Positions 44,678 through 53,969 of a stretch of DNA of 64,000 nucleotides are shown in pieces. This stretch comes from Candidatus Limnocylindria bacterium. Its GTDB lineage: Bacteria > Chloroflexota > Limnocylindria > P2-11E. The DNA is taken from NCBI GenBank assembly GCA_041486085.1, contig JBGPKU010000004.1:3231-67230 (forward strand). Direction: 5' to 3'. The translations under genes were made by a program, and so were the position numbers. The notes beneath the pieces are model-generated. The model saw only the letters and a program-made list of their open reading frames with translations. It was not told where the DNA came from and ran no database searches. Each line of letters begins with the position of its first letter. The stretch's first letter is position 1.

Positions 44678-46720
44678 GTGACGACGACTCCACACGCGGG
44701 AACGATCGCGCCGGCGCGGCTCCTGCCCGGCGCAATGGTCGGCGAGGCAAGCAAGACGAAGGCGGCCGGCGCCGCGAGCGCCGCGACGCTGATCCGCGGG
44801 AAGGCGCTGATCTTCTGGGACCCGAAGGTACCGGGCAAGAAGCTCGACGCGATCGACACGGACCAGATCACGCCGGCGAACGACTGCGTCTCGGAGAGCC
44901 TCGACACGCTGGACGCGCGCTGGAAGGCGGGATCCTTCCGCTTCCTCATGCCGGACTTCGTGGAGCGCGTCGCGCGCGGCGAGAGCTTCATCGTGGCCGG
45001 CGACCGCTTCGCGATCGGATCCTCGCGTGAGATGAGCCCGGCGGGCCTCAAGGGTGTGGGCGACGAGGCCGGGCACGAGATCGTGATCGTCTGCGGCGCG
45101 GGGATGGGCGACATCTTCCGCCGCAACGCGCTCAACCTCGGGCTGCACGTGGTCCAGAGCCGCGAGGCTGTGCAGGACGCGCAGGAGGGTGACGAGCTCT
45201 CGTTCGATCCAATCAATCGAGCTCTCCGTAATGAGACCCGCGGAAAGTCGTACGACGCCGCGGCACTGAGCGAGAACGAGGACCAGATCCGCCGCTCTGG
45301 CGGGATCATCAAGGTCGGGCGGCGTGAATTCGAGGAGTCGGTGCGTCGAGCACCTCAGATCGTCTGGCCAGAACATCGCATCGCACGCAAGCTCTCTTCC
45401 ACCGAGCAGATCCTGTGGTCGCATCGCGTCGACAAGGACGCCGAGGTGCGGCCGGGCGCGACCATTCGCGTCTACGCGGACCTGCTGCCGGCGTCGGACG
45501 GCACCGGGCCGTTCTCGATCCACACCTTCAACCAGATCAGCGGCGGGGACACGATCTACCCGCGCCAGGTCGCCTACGCGAACGATCACTTCGTCTTCAA
45601 CCACCGCGACGCCGACGACAGGCAGACCGGCATCGGCAAGCAGTTCGCGGATCACTACAAGATCGGCAAGCCGCAGTACGCAACGCCCGGCGACGGTATC
45701 TTCCATTTCTACTTTCCGGAACAGGGTCTCGTCGTGCCCGGTGCGCTGATCCCCGGAGCCGACTCGCACAGCCGCGCGTACGGCGCGTATGGCGCGCTGG
45801 GGTATGGCGTCGGCTCGACCACGCTCGGATTCGGCTGGGCCACCGGCTACGTCTACTTCACGAACGCGAAGCAGCGGCGCGTCCGCTTCACGGGAAAGCT
45901 GAACCCATGGGTCAGCGGGAAGGACGTGGTGCTCGCGCTTCTCGCGCGTTGGGGCGCCAAGCAGTCGGGCGGCATGAGCGTCGAGTTCGTCGACGCGTCG
46001 AAGCAGCTGCCAATGAGCTATCGCAACACGATCGCGAACATGATGGCCGAGGGCGAGGCGACCAACGGGATCTTCGCGCCGGACGAGACGACGCTGACAT
46101 GGTTCCGCGAGAAGAACATCGCGCTTCCCTACCCGCAGTTCGGTCCAGGCGAGGACGTGCCGTGGGAGATCGACGAAGAGCTGGATCTCTCGGCGGTCGA
46201 GCCGCTCATCGCGAAGCCGTTCTCGCCCGGGAACGCATTCCCCGCGTCCGAGGTCGCGCGCGAGCGCATTCCGTTCGACAAGGCCTTCATCGGATCGTGC
46301 ACCAACGGCGGATACGGCGACCTGCTGGAGGCCGCGCTCGTGATCAAAGCCGCGAAACTGAAGGGCGCGAAGAAGGCGGCGATGGAGTTCGTGATCTTCC
46401 CAGGCTCGGGCGCGGTCAAACAGGACATCGAGCGGACCGATGCGCGCCTGGGCGGCGAATCCATCGCGGATGTGTTCCGCTCGGTCGGCGCAGAGATCCG
46501 CGAATCGTGGTGCGGACCCTGCTTCGGCCAGGGACCCGATGCCCTGGTGAAGGGCCAGACCGCGATCACGTCGTTCAACCGCAACTGGGCAAACCGCATG
46601 GGTGTGGGCGGCCTGGGCTACCTCGCATCGCCCTCGGTCGTCGCGGCGTCGGCGCTCCTCGGCTACATGGGTCCGCCGAGCGAGCTCGGCATCGACTGGA
46701 AGCCGGAGGGCTTCATCTAG
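44678..46720 (+). CDS. Aconitase-family [4Fe-4S] hydro-lyase with permuted architecture: N-terminal LeuD-like swivel domain fused to C-terminal LeuC-like catalytic domains
   Basis: N-terminus RGKALIFWDPKVPGKKLDAIDTDQITPA (LeuD signature). C-terminus has GSCTNGG and CGPCFGQG cluster ligands in the same relative positions as LeuC. Confidence 0.85.
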   Translation: MTTTPHAGTIAPARLLPGAMVGEASKTKAAGAASAATLIRGKALIFWDPKVPGKKLDAIDTDQITPANDCVSESLDTLDARWKAGSFRFLMPDFVERVARGESFIVAGDRFAIGSSREMSPAGLKGVGDEAGHEIVIVCGAGMGDIFRRNALNLGLHVVQSREAVQDAQEGDELSFDPINRALRNETRGKSYDAAALSENEDQIRRSGGIIKVGRREFEESVRRAPQIVWPEHRIARKLSSTEQILWSHRVDKDAEVRPGATIRVYADLLPASDGTGPFSIHTFNQISGGDTIYPRQVAYANDHFVFNHRDADDRQTGIGKQFADHYKIGKPQYATPGDGIFHFYFPEQGLVVPGALIPGADSHSRAYGAYGALGYGVGSTTLGFGWATGYVYFTNAKQRRVRFTGKLNPWVSGKDVVLALLARWGAKQSGGMSVEFVDASKQLPMSYRNTIANMMAEGEATNGIFAPDETTLTWFREKNIALPYPQFGPGEDVPWEIDEELDLSAVEPLIAKPFSPGNAFPASEVARERIPFDKAFIGSCTNGGYGDLLEAALVIKAAKLKGAKKAAMEFVIFPGSGAVKQDIERTDARLGGESIADVFRSVGAEIRESWCGPCFGQGPDALVKGQTAITSFNRNWANRMGVGGLGYLASPSVVAASALLGYMGPPSELGIDWKPEGFI

Positions 46721-47285
46721 CGATCAGCTTCTCGAGCTGGCGCAGCGCCTTGTCGAGACCGTCCGCCGAAGCCGGGCTCCCCGGGAGCAGATAGACGCCC
46801 CGGAGCGTCGCGACCACCACCGCCGCCATGCCGTCGGGATCGATCGCCTCTCTGATCGCGCCTTCGTCACGTGCGCCGCGCAACAGCGTGCGCAGCGTGC
46901 CGTGCCAGAACTCCATCGTCTTTCGAATGATCTCGCCGAGCTTGGGGTCGCGCGACGAGCGGAGCATCAGCTCTCCCATCACCGCGAACAGCTCCGGCTC
47001 ATCGCGCGACAGGCGCCGCAGACCATGGAAGTGCGCGCGAAGCCGCTGCGACGCGGTCCCCGTCGAGGTGAGCGTCGACTGGAACCTCGTCATCGCATGA
47101 CCGATCACGCCCTTGATGAGATCTTCCTTCGACGGGAAGTAGTAGTGGAGCGTGGCGATATTCACGCCGACCTCGCCGGCGACCTCGCGCGTGCGCAGAC
47201 CTTCGAACCCGCGCTCGGCGATGACCCGGTATGCGGCGGTCACGAGGGCTTCTCGCTTCCCTTCTGGCACTTGACTCTCAATCAA
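46713..47285 (-). CDS. TetR/AcrR-family transcriptional regulator
   Basis: N-terminal HTH (LRTREVAGEVGVNIATLHYYF); TTG start. Confidence 0.85.
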   Translation of the reverse strand: MIESQVPEGKREALVTAAYRVIAERGFEGLRTREVAGEVGVNIATLHYYFPSKEDLIKGVIGHAMTRFQSTLTSTGTASQRLRAHFHGLRRLSRDEPELFAVMGELMLRSSRDPKLGEIIRKTMEFWHGTLRTLLRGARDEGAIREAIDPDGMAAVVVATLRGVYLLPGSPASADGLDKALRQLEKLIAR

Positions 47286-47297
47286 TCAGATGATTGA
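47284..47297. promoter_or_regulatory. Palindrome CAATCA-ga-TGATTG in the divergent TetR / Ddn-like intergenic region (candidate TetR operator)
   Basis: Perfect 6-bp arms overlapping the TetR start. Confidence 0.3.
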
Positions 47298-47334
47298 ATC
47301 ACAGGAGGTCTCCGAGCGCAACGGAGGTATCTCA

Positions 47335-47730
47335 ATGGCACGCACAGTACGACGACTCACACGTGCTCTGAATCCGATGCTCATGGGTCTCGCGTCCAGT
47401 GGATGGATCCCCGTGTGGGCTCTCGTCACGCACGTCGGCCGGCGATCGGGTCGCGTGTACCGGACGCCGATCGCGATCCGTCCGACCGCGTCAGGGTTCG
47501 TGATCCCGCTTCCCTGGGGCGACGGCACCGACTGGTGCCGCAACCTGATCGCGGCGAACGGCGGCGTCGTCCGCTGGAAGGGCGCCGATTACCCGGTCGT
47601 CGCGCCGGAGGTCGTGGAGCGTTCGGTGGCCGCACCGGCATTCCCAGCTGCGCTTCGTGCGCTGCTGCCGGTGCTCGGGATCAAGCGTTTCCTCGCGGTG
47701 CATCGCGTCGACGCGGCGCCGGTCGCGTAG
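47335..47730 (+). CDS. Deazaflavin (F420H2)-dependent nitroreductase-family oxidoreductase (Ddn-like, DUF385)
   Basis: Start at the internal MARTV; N-terminal pattern of the Ddn family (RTPIAIRPTASGFVIPLPWG). Confidence 0.7.
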   Translation: MARTVRRLTRALNPMLMGLASSGWIPVWALVTHVGRRSGRVYRTPIAIRPTASGFVIPLPWGDGTDWCRNLIAANGGVVRWKGADYPVVAPEVVERSVAAPAFPAALRALLPVLGIKRFLAVHRVDAAPVA

Positions 47731-47766
47731 CGCAGGGGTCGGTGCAGTGGCGCAACAGCGATCGGG

Positions 47767-48438
47767 TCAGCGCAGGTACAGGAGAGCGGTCGGCAGGTTC
47801 GCGGCCAGATCCCACAAGCCGACCGCGATGAGGACGGCGCCCGCGATGCGCGAGACCACGCGTTGATGATGCGTGAAGAGCCGCAGCAGCGCACGCTGCC
47901 TGCCTTCGGCCGCGAGCGAGATCAAGAGAAGCGGCACACCGAAGCCGAGGCCGAAGACGAGGAAGAACAGCATCTTCTCGGCGAACGACACGACGCCGAT
48001 CGAAAGCGTGAAGATGGCCACGAGGAGCGCGCCGGAGCATGGGAGCGCGATCGGCCCGTACATCAGGCCGTAGGCGAACGCCGACCGCGCGCGCGAGCCG
48101 CCCGTCGTCGCGCCCGCGAGAACAGGTAGCCGCGAGAACGGATCGAGGCCGATCAGCAACGCACCTCCGAGCGCGACGACCGCCAGGTCCGCGAGGGGCG
48201 TCACGATGACGAGCACCCTGCCGATCGCGACCGAGAGCGCCGCGATGAGCGCACCGAGCGCGACCATCATCGTGAGCACGCCGCCGAGGACATAGACCCC
48301 GAGCCAGCGCGCGGATCCGCGCTCTCCCGCGCCTCCCGCCGCGAGGTACGCGAGGAAGCCGGGATAGAGCGGGAGCGCGCACGGAGAGAACGTCGCGAGG
48401 AGGCCGATGCCGAAGGCAGCGCCCAGCTGCTCGAGCAC
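47767..48438 (-). CDS. ccdA: Cytochrome c biogenesis thiol-disulfide transporter CcdA (DsbD beta-domain family)
   Basis: TFSPCALP and LPCSGALL paired Cys motifs in 6 TM helices. Confidence 0.85.
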   Translation of the reverse strand: MLEQLGAAFGIGLLATFSPCALPLYPGFLAYLAAGGAGERGSARWLGVYVLGGVLTMMVALGALIAALSVAIGRVLVIVTPLADLAVVALGGALLIGLDPFSRLPVLAGATTGGSRARSAFAYGLMYGPIALPCSGALLVAIFTLSIGVVSFAEKMLFFLVFGLGFGVPLLLISLAAEGRQRALLRLFTHHQRVVSRIAGAVLIAVGLWDLAANLPTALLYLR

Positions 48439-49067
48439 TAGCGGTATCGCTGGACGGCTTGACCGAGCTCGCCGGCGCTCTTGTGCCCGAAGGCGAGCAG
48501 ATGTGTCGCGCCACGCGGATCGAGCAGGAACATCGGCTCCGACGGCTGCGTCAGGAACTGCGTGCCGAACACGTCACCGAGCTCGCGCAGGACGTCACGC
48601 GGTGCGAGTGCGAAGCGCCACGGGAACCCCTGCTGCTCGACGTAGCGACGCAGCAGGTCGGCGTTCTCGCTCGAGTCCGTGTCGAGCGAGATCATCACGA
48701 CATCGCTGCCGAGGTTCGGGAGCGCGTCACGCACAACGAACTGTTGTGCCTTGCAGGACAGTCACCAGACCGCCATCCCGATGACGAGCACCGTCCTGCC
48801 GGGGAAGTCGGTGAGCTTGAACTGCCTGTCGTCGCGGACGTCGGTGAACACATAGGACAGGAACGCGGCCCGGGGGCTCGCGGCCACGGTCGGGGTCGAC
48901 GTCGAGGTCGCCATCGGGACAGCGGCGCCGGTGGCCACAGCGCCGGTCGCTCCTGTGCCGGTGGCCCCGGCGCCCGGCGAGACCGCGGGAGCCGCGCAGG
49001 CCGAAAGCGCGGCCACGAGGACCAAGCTCGCGACGAGCGCGCGCATGTTCACCTGTGTACGCAGCAT
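48438..49067 (-). CDS. TlpA/ResA-like thioredoxin-fold lipoprotein, candidate selenoprotein with UxxC active site (UGA at 48762-48764 read as Sec)
   Basis: ORFs 48762..49067 and 48438..48734 are in the same frame, separated only by TGA. Joined product is lipobox ALSAC ... GRTVLVIGMAVW-U-LSCK ... VVMISLDTD ... LLDPRG, i.e. a Redoxin fold with Sec at the first Cys of CxxC. SECIS-like hairpin follows. Confidence 0.6.
48731..48749 (-). other. SECIS-like stem-loop 12 nt downstream of the UGA in the TlpA-like mRNA
   Basis: mRNA GCACAAC-AGUUC-GUUGUGC: 7-bp perfect stem, 5-nt loop containing GU. Confidence 0.45.
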
Positions 49068-49080
49068 AGGTGCGCGCGGT

Positions 49081-50001
49081 TCAGGTCCCGCGAAGCTCCT
49101 GGACGATCGTCGCGAATTCGTTTATCGCTCGTCCCGGCACCGCGATGTAGCTGATCCCCAGCTCATCGCGCATCTCGCGCAGCTGCGAGCGCAGCGACGC
49201 GCGCGTGCCGTAGAGGAAGAACGGGCTTCGCACCAGCGCGTTCACGCTGCGCTTCGCGATCGTCGCCGCGGCGCGCGAGAAAGAGCGCGCACGATCCGAC
49301 ACCCCAGCGTCGAAGACCCATAGGTTCTTCTCGACGTCGCGATCGCCCGCGTACCGGTCGAAGCGCTTCACGCGCTCCCGCAGCCCGCCGATCGTCACGC
49401 TGTGTGGCCGGGGACGCCCGTTCGCGTCGATCGATGGCGCGAAACCGACGATCTCCGCGGAGCGCGCAGCGAGCTTCAGCACACGTGCTCCACCGCCTCC
49501 GATCATGAACGGAGGCCGCGGCTGCTGGACCGGCCGCGGCAGGATGCGGGTCTCGCGCATCCGGTAATAGGTGCCCGCGTGGTCGACGACGTCTTCACGG
49601 AGGAGCCGGTCGAGCAGCGGCACCGCTTCCTCGAGGCGCGCGACGCGCACCGCGGGCGGCTCGTACGCGATGCCCAGCTGCCGGTAGTCAGAAACGCTCC
49701 ACCCGGCGCCCATGCCGACCTCGACCCGTCCGCCAGAGATCGCGTCGACCGTCGCGATCTCCTTGGCGAGCATCGCCAGGTTGCGGTAGTCGTTGGAGAA
49801 CACGAACGAGCCAACGCGCATTCGCTCGGTGGCATCCGCGGCGGCCATCATCGCGGGGATCGGCGCGAGCTGCTGTCCCATGTGGTCGGTCACCAGCAGT
49901 ACGTCGTAGCCCTGTGACTCCGCATGGCGAGCGAAGTCACGCCAGCGCATTCCCCCACCCGCCCACCGGGCCGTCACGGCGAACCGAAAGAGGCGCGGCA
50001 C
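49081..50001 (-). CDS. LLM-class (luciferase-like) flavin/F420-dependent oxidoreductase
   Basis: TIM-barrel LLM sequence pattern; start may be the internal MRWRD. Confidence 0.75.
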   Translation of the reverse strand: MPRLFRFAVTARWAGGGMRWRDFARHAESQGYDVLLVTDHMGQQLAPIPAMMAAADATERMRVGSFVFSNDYRNLAMLAKEIATVDAISGGRVEVGMGAGWSVSDYRQLGIAYEPPAVRVARLEEAVPLLDRLLREDVVDHAGTYYRMRETRILPRPVQQPRPPFMIGGGGARVLKLAARSAEIVGFAPSIDANGRPRPHSVTIGGLRERVKRFDRYAGDRDVEKNLWVFDAGVSDRARSFSRAAATIAKRSVNALVRSPFFLYGTRASLRSQLREMRDELGISYIAVPGRAINEFATIVQELRGT

Positions 50002-50106
50002 GGGCCGAGTCTAGGTGTGGCCGCTCGCCCGCCCTGCACGCACGAGCAGTAGCCATTCCGTACCACCAGGGCACACCGAACGGCGGAACGCCCGCGTTGA
50101 GCGGGT

Positions 50107-52146
50107 GTGGGGAAGGTGGCTGTCGCGCTCGTCACAGCGTTGCTCGTGGTAGTGCTCCGGCCTGCGCCGAGCGCGGCTGCCGTCCCCTCATCCTTCGACG
50201 ACGGCGCTTCCGTATCGACCGCCGCGGTGGCCAACGGCCAGTTTCGCGCGTACTGGGTCGACGCCTTCGGCGACGGCCTGTACACGCCGGCCCAGATCGA
50301 CGAGGTCATCGCTCAGACGAAGGCGATCAACGCCAACGCGATCGTCGCTCAGGTCGTCCGCCGCGGTGACTGCTTCTGCAACCGCTCCATCGCGCCGCGG
50401 ACCGAACAAGCGGGCGTCGACCCCGCCCCGTTCGACCCCCTTCAGACGCTCATTGACAGAGCCCACGCGAACGGGCTCCAGGTGCACGCGTGGACCATCG
50501 CGACCGCGATCTGGCGCGGCACGACGGCGCCGACGGCTCCCGACCACGTCTACAACCTCCACGGTCCCTCGGCCACCGGGATCGCGAACTGGCTGACGCA
50601 CCGCTCGGACGGCCAGATGCAGGTGAACACCGATTGGATCCTCGACCCGGGCCACCCCGACGCTGCGCAATGGATCGTCGACGTCGCGACGAGCCTCGTC
50701 CGCAACTACGCGATCGACGGCATCAACCTCGACCGCATCCGCTATCCCGACACAAACCTCGGCACGAACGTGCCCTCATGGGGATACAACTCCACGGCGG
50801 TCGCGCGCTTCCAGCAGGAGACCGGCCGCACCGACATGCCGGGGAACAGCGACGCGCAATGGACGCAGTGGCGCCGCGACCAGATCACCAACATCGTGCG
50901 GAAGATCTACGTCGAGAGCTTCGCCATCCGGCCCTCCGTTCGCATCTCGGCCGACACGATCGCGTACGGCTACGGCCCGCAGCACGGCGCCGGCTTCACC
51001 GGCACGCGCACCTACGCCGAGGTGCTGCAGGACTGGGACGGCTGGATGCAGGAGGGGATCCTCGACACGAACATCGTCATGAATTACAAGCGTCAGCTCA
51101 CCACGAATCAGGACGTCATGTTCAAGGAGTGGTCCGACTTCGCGAAGGACAACCAATACCGGCGCTACAGCGTCATCGGGACCGGCCTCTACCTCAACGA
51201 CATCGCCTCGAGCGCGGCTCAGGCGCGCATCGCCGTCGCGCCGAGCACGGCGGGCAATCTCGGCGCGGGCTGGGCCGGCTACTCATACCGCACACCCGAC
51301 GCCATGACCGACGCGGGGACGCGCAGCGGCACCGCCGAACGCGCCGAGCTCGTGAAGGCGCTCACGCAGCCGTCGATCTACGACGGCACGTCGCCAGCCG
51401 TCTTCGCGCAGCCCTCGGTCGTGCCGACGATGATCTGGAAGACACAGCCGACCACCGGGCACGTGCGCGGGATGGCGACACCCGGCGCGCGCGTCGAACT
51501 TCTCACGTCCACCGGCGGTGTGATGGTCCGCACGATCGTGGCCGATGGCAGGGGTTGGTACGCGTTCGTCGACGTCCCGCCCGGCAGTTATCGCGTCACG
51601 AGCGCCGGCGCGGCGCTCGGGAACACGGAGGTCGTCGCGGGCCAGATCGCGAGCGTGAACGCGGGGCTGCCCACACCGTGCGTGTCCAGCGTCGGCCCGG
51701 GGATCCCGCCCCCCGCGGCGATCCCTGCGGGCCTTCCCGGATTCCACGCCGCCTGGTACGGGCAGTCGGGCTACCCGACGCTCTGCGCCGGCGAAAAGTC
51801 GACCGCTACGGTCGCGTACTACAACGCCGGCGCGCGAGGCTGGGTGAACGGGCGGATGGGCGAGGTCGCGTATCTCGGCACGTGGCAGCCCGAGCCCGGG
51901 CAGGATGCACCGTCGCCGCTCGGTGGGGACGGCTCGATGGGCTCGCCGAACACCGCATGGCCGCGCTACAACCGCATCGCGCTGCAGCCCGCCGATTACG
52001 TCGGACCGGGTCAGGTCTCGTGGTTCCAGTTCACGATCCAGGCACCGATGACGCCCGGCACGTACCGGCTTTACCTCCGTCCGCTCGTCGAGGGCGCGAA
52101 CTGGATGGAGGATTACGGGGTCTTCTGGATCGTGATCGTCAAGTAG
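50107..52146 (+). CDS. Secreted glycoside-hydrolase-like family 10 (GHL10/DUF187) protein with C-terminal CarboxypepD_reg-like and Ig-like domains
   Basis: Signal peptide; AYWVDAFGDGLYTPAQIDEVIAQTKAINANAIVAQV matches GHL10; GARVELLTSTGGVMVRTIVADGRGWYAF beta-sandwich. Confidence 0.75.
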   Translation: MGKVAVALVTALLVVVLRPAPSAAAVPSSFDDGASVSTAAVANGQFRAYWVDAFGDGLYTPAQIDEVIAQTKAINANAIVAQVVRRGDCFCNRSIAPRTEQAGVDPAPFDPLQTLIDRAHANGLQVHAWTIATAIWRGTTAPTAPDHVYNLHGPSATGIANWLTHRSDGQMQVNTDWILDPGHPDAAQWIVDVATSLVRNYAIDGINLDRIRYPDTNLGTNVPSWGYNSTAVARFQQETGRTDMPGNSDAQWTQWRRDQITNIVRKIYVESFAIRPSVRISADTIAYGYGPQHGAGFTGTRTYAEVLQDWDGWMQEGILDTNIVMNYKRQLTTNQDVMFKEWSDFAKDNQYRRYSVIGTGLYLNDIASSAAQARIAVAPSTAGNLGAGWAGYSYRTPDAMTDAGTRSGTAERAELVKALTQPSIYDGTSPAVFAQPSVVPTMIWKTQPTTGHVRGMATPGARVELLTSTGGVMVRTIVADGRGWYAFVDVPPGSYRVTSAGAALGNTEVVAGQIASVNAGLPTPCVSSVGPGIPPPAAIPAGLPGFHAAWYGQSGYPTLCAGEKSTATVAYYNAGARGWVNGRMGEVAYLGTWQPEPGQDAPSPLGGDGSMGSPNTAWPRYNRIALQPADYVGPGQVSWFQFTIQAPMTPGTYRLYLRPLVEGANWMEDYGVFWIVIVK

Positions 52147-52187
52147 CTCACGTCTCACAACCCGCATAGCCGCTACGTTCTTTCACG

Positions 52188-53096
52188 ATGGTCTGGATCG
52201 CGCTCGCGATCGTCTATGTCGTCTGGGGCTCCACCTATTTCGCGATCGCCTTCGTCGTGCAGACGATGCCGCCGCTCCTCACTGCCGGTGTGCGCTTCCT
52301 CAGCGCCGGTCTGCTGCTGGCGGCGTGGATCGGTCTTCGCGACCGCCCCGCGCTGCGCGTGTCGCTCCGGCAATTCGCCGGCGCCGCGACCGTTGGATTG
52401 CTGCTGCTGGCGGGCGCCAACGGCCTCGTCAACCTTGGCGAACGAACCGTTCCATCGGGGCTTGCCGCGCTCATCGTCGCGTCGGTCCCGCTCTGGATCG
52501 TCATCCTGCGGCTGCTGGCGAGCGACCGCGTCGGTCGGGACCTCGTCCTCGGCGTGACCGTGGGGATCGTCGGCGTCACAGTGCTCGTGGTGCCGAGCGG
52601 TGTCAGCGGGCAGACCGACGCGGCCGGTCTCGTGATGCTCGTCGGCGCGACGCTCATGTGGGCGACCGGCACGTTCATCTCCCCGAGGGTCGACATGCCG
52701 CAGAGCGCCCTCGCTTCGACCGCCTACCAGATGATCTCCGCGGGCATCGTGCTGATCGCGGTCGCGCCGCTGAACGGGGAGCTTCGTGACCTCGATCCCG
52801 CGCGCTTCTCGACGGCGTCGCTTCTCGGCCTCGCCTACCTGATCGTGTTCGGCTCGCTCGTGGCGTTCTCGGCCTACACCTGGCTCCTGCAGAACGCGCC
52901 GGTGTCGCTCGTCTCGACGTACGCCTACGTGAACCCGGTCGTGGCCGTGGTACTGGGGACGCTCTTCCTGCGCGAACCGATCACGCCGACGACGCTCGCG
53001 GGCGCGGCGCTGATCCTCGCGGCGGTCGCGTTCATCGTGTCGCGCGCGAACGCGACGCGGCGCCTGGAGGTCAGGCGAGCGAGGGCTTCACCGTGA
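52188..53096 (+). CDS. EamA/DMT-family transporter
   Basis: 10 TM helices in two EamA repeats. Confidence 0.85.
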   Translation: MVWIALAIVYVVWGSTYFAIAFVVQTMPPLLTAGVRFLSAGLLLAAWIGLRDRPALRVSLRQFAGAATVGLLLLAGANGLVNLGERTVPSGLAALIVASVPLWIVILRLLASDRVGRDLVLGVTVGIVGVTVLVVPSGVSGQTDAAGLVMLVGATLMWATGTFISPRVDMPQSALASTAYQMISAGIVLIAVAPLNGELRDLDPARFSTASLLGLAYLIVFGSLVAFSAYTWLLQNAPVSLVSTYAYVNPVVAVVLGTLFLREPITPTTLAGAALILAAVAFIVSRANATRRLEVRRARASP

Positions 53097-53511
53097 GCGC
53101 GACGTTGCCGCGCAGCGCGCGGCTGATCGGGCAGCCGTCCTTCGCCGCCTCCGCGGCCTGACGGAATCCTTCAAGGTCGAGGCCCGGGACCTTCCCCTTC
53201 ACCTCGAGGTCCGAGGAGACCACGGTCCAGGAGTCGCCGATCTTGTCGAAGGTCACCGTTGCGGTCACCTCGAGACGCTCAGGCGGCGCGCCCTTCCTCG
53301 CGAGGCCCGCCGAGAGCGCCATCGAGAAGCAGCTGGCGTGCGCGGCGGCGAGCAGCTCCTCGGGGCTCGTCATGCCGCTGGGTGCCTCGGTCCGCGCGGC
53401 CCACGAGACCGCAAGGTCCTTGAACTTGCCGCTCGACAGAGCGCTCACTTGGCCCGATCCCTTCGCGAGATCGCCGTTCCATGTCGCGCGCGCCTGACGT
53501 GTTGTGGCCAT
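53071..53511 (-). CDS. OsmC-family peroxiredoxin/hydroperoxidase
   Basis: Start at MATTRQ preceded by GGAGG; the two conserved Cys (AAAHASCF; KDGCPIS). Confidence 0.85.
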   Translation of the reverse strand: MATTRQARATWNGDLAKGSGQVSALSSGKFKDLAVSWAARTEAPSGMTSPEELLAAAHASCFSMALSAGLARKGAPPERLEVTATVTFDKIGDSWTVVSSDLEVKGKVPGLDLEGFRQAAEAAKDGCPISRALRGNVALTVKPSLA

Positions 53512-53969
53512 CTGTCGACCTCCTGTGATCGGGTCGATGGTATCGGCGCCAGCGGTCGCGAACATCGCGCGGGCAATGCGGGAAGGGCACTGCCGTATCT
53601 CGATGGCCTGCCGCTGGAGGGCTTTGTGGCCGGCGATGACGCGGCCGCCACGAAGAAGGTGCTCGACCTCGTTCCTGAACATCGCGCTCCAGCTGCGGCA
53701 CGGAAGGACGCGGCGGATCGGCTGCGAGGATCGTCGGTCTGACGTCGGAGGCCAAGCGCCCGGCTGCTTGCTCGCGACGCCGGAGTGTCGGGGACCAGGC
53801 TGCGAGCAGGCGTGGAGCGGGGCCGTTCGGCTCTCGAAAACAGGGGCATGAGGTCCATTCCGCGCGCGGCGGCCACAAGGCAGGCTCACCGCGAAGGTGC
53901 TTCGGGCACGGGTGCTCGGGCCCTAGGAGAATGGGGCGCGGACCCCGGCACGCGAAGGAGATGGCAGTC

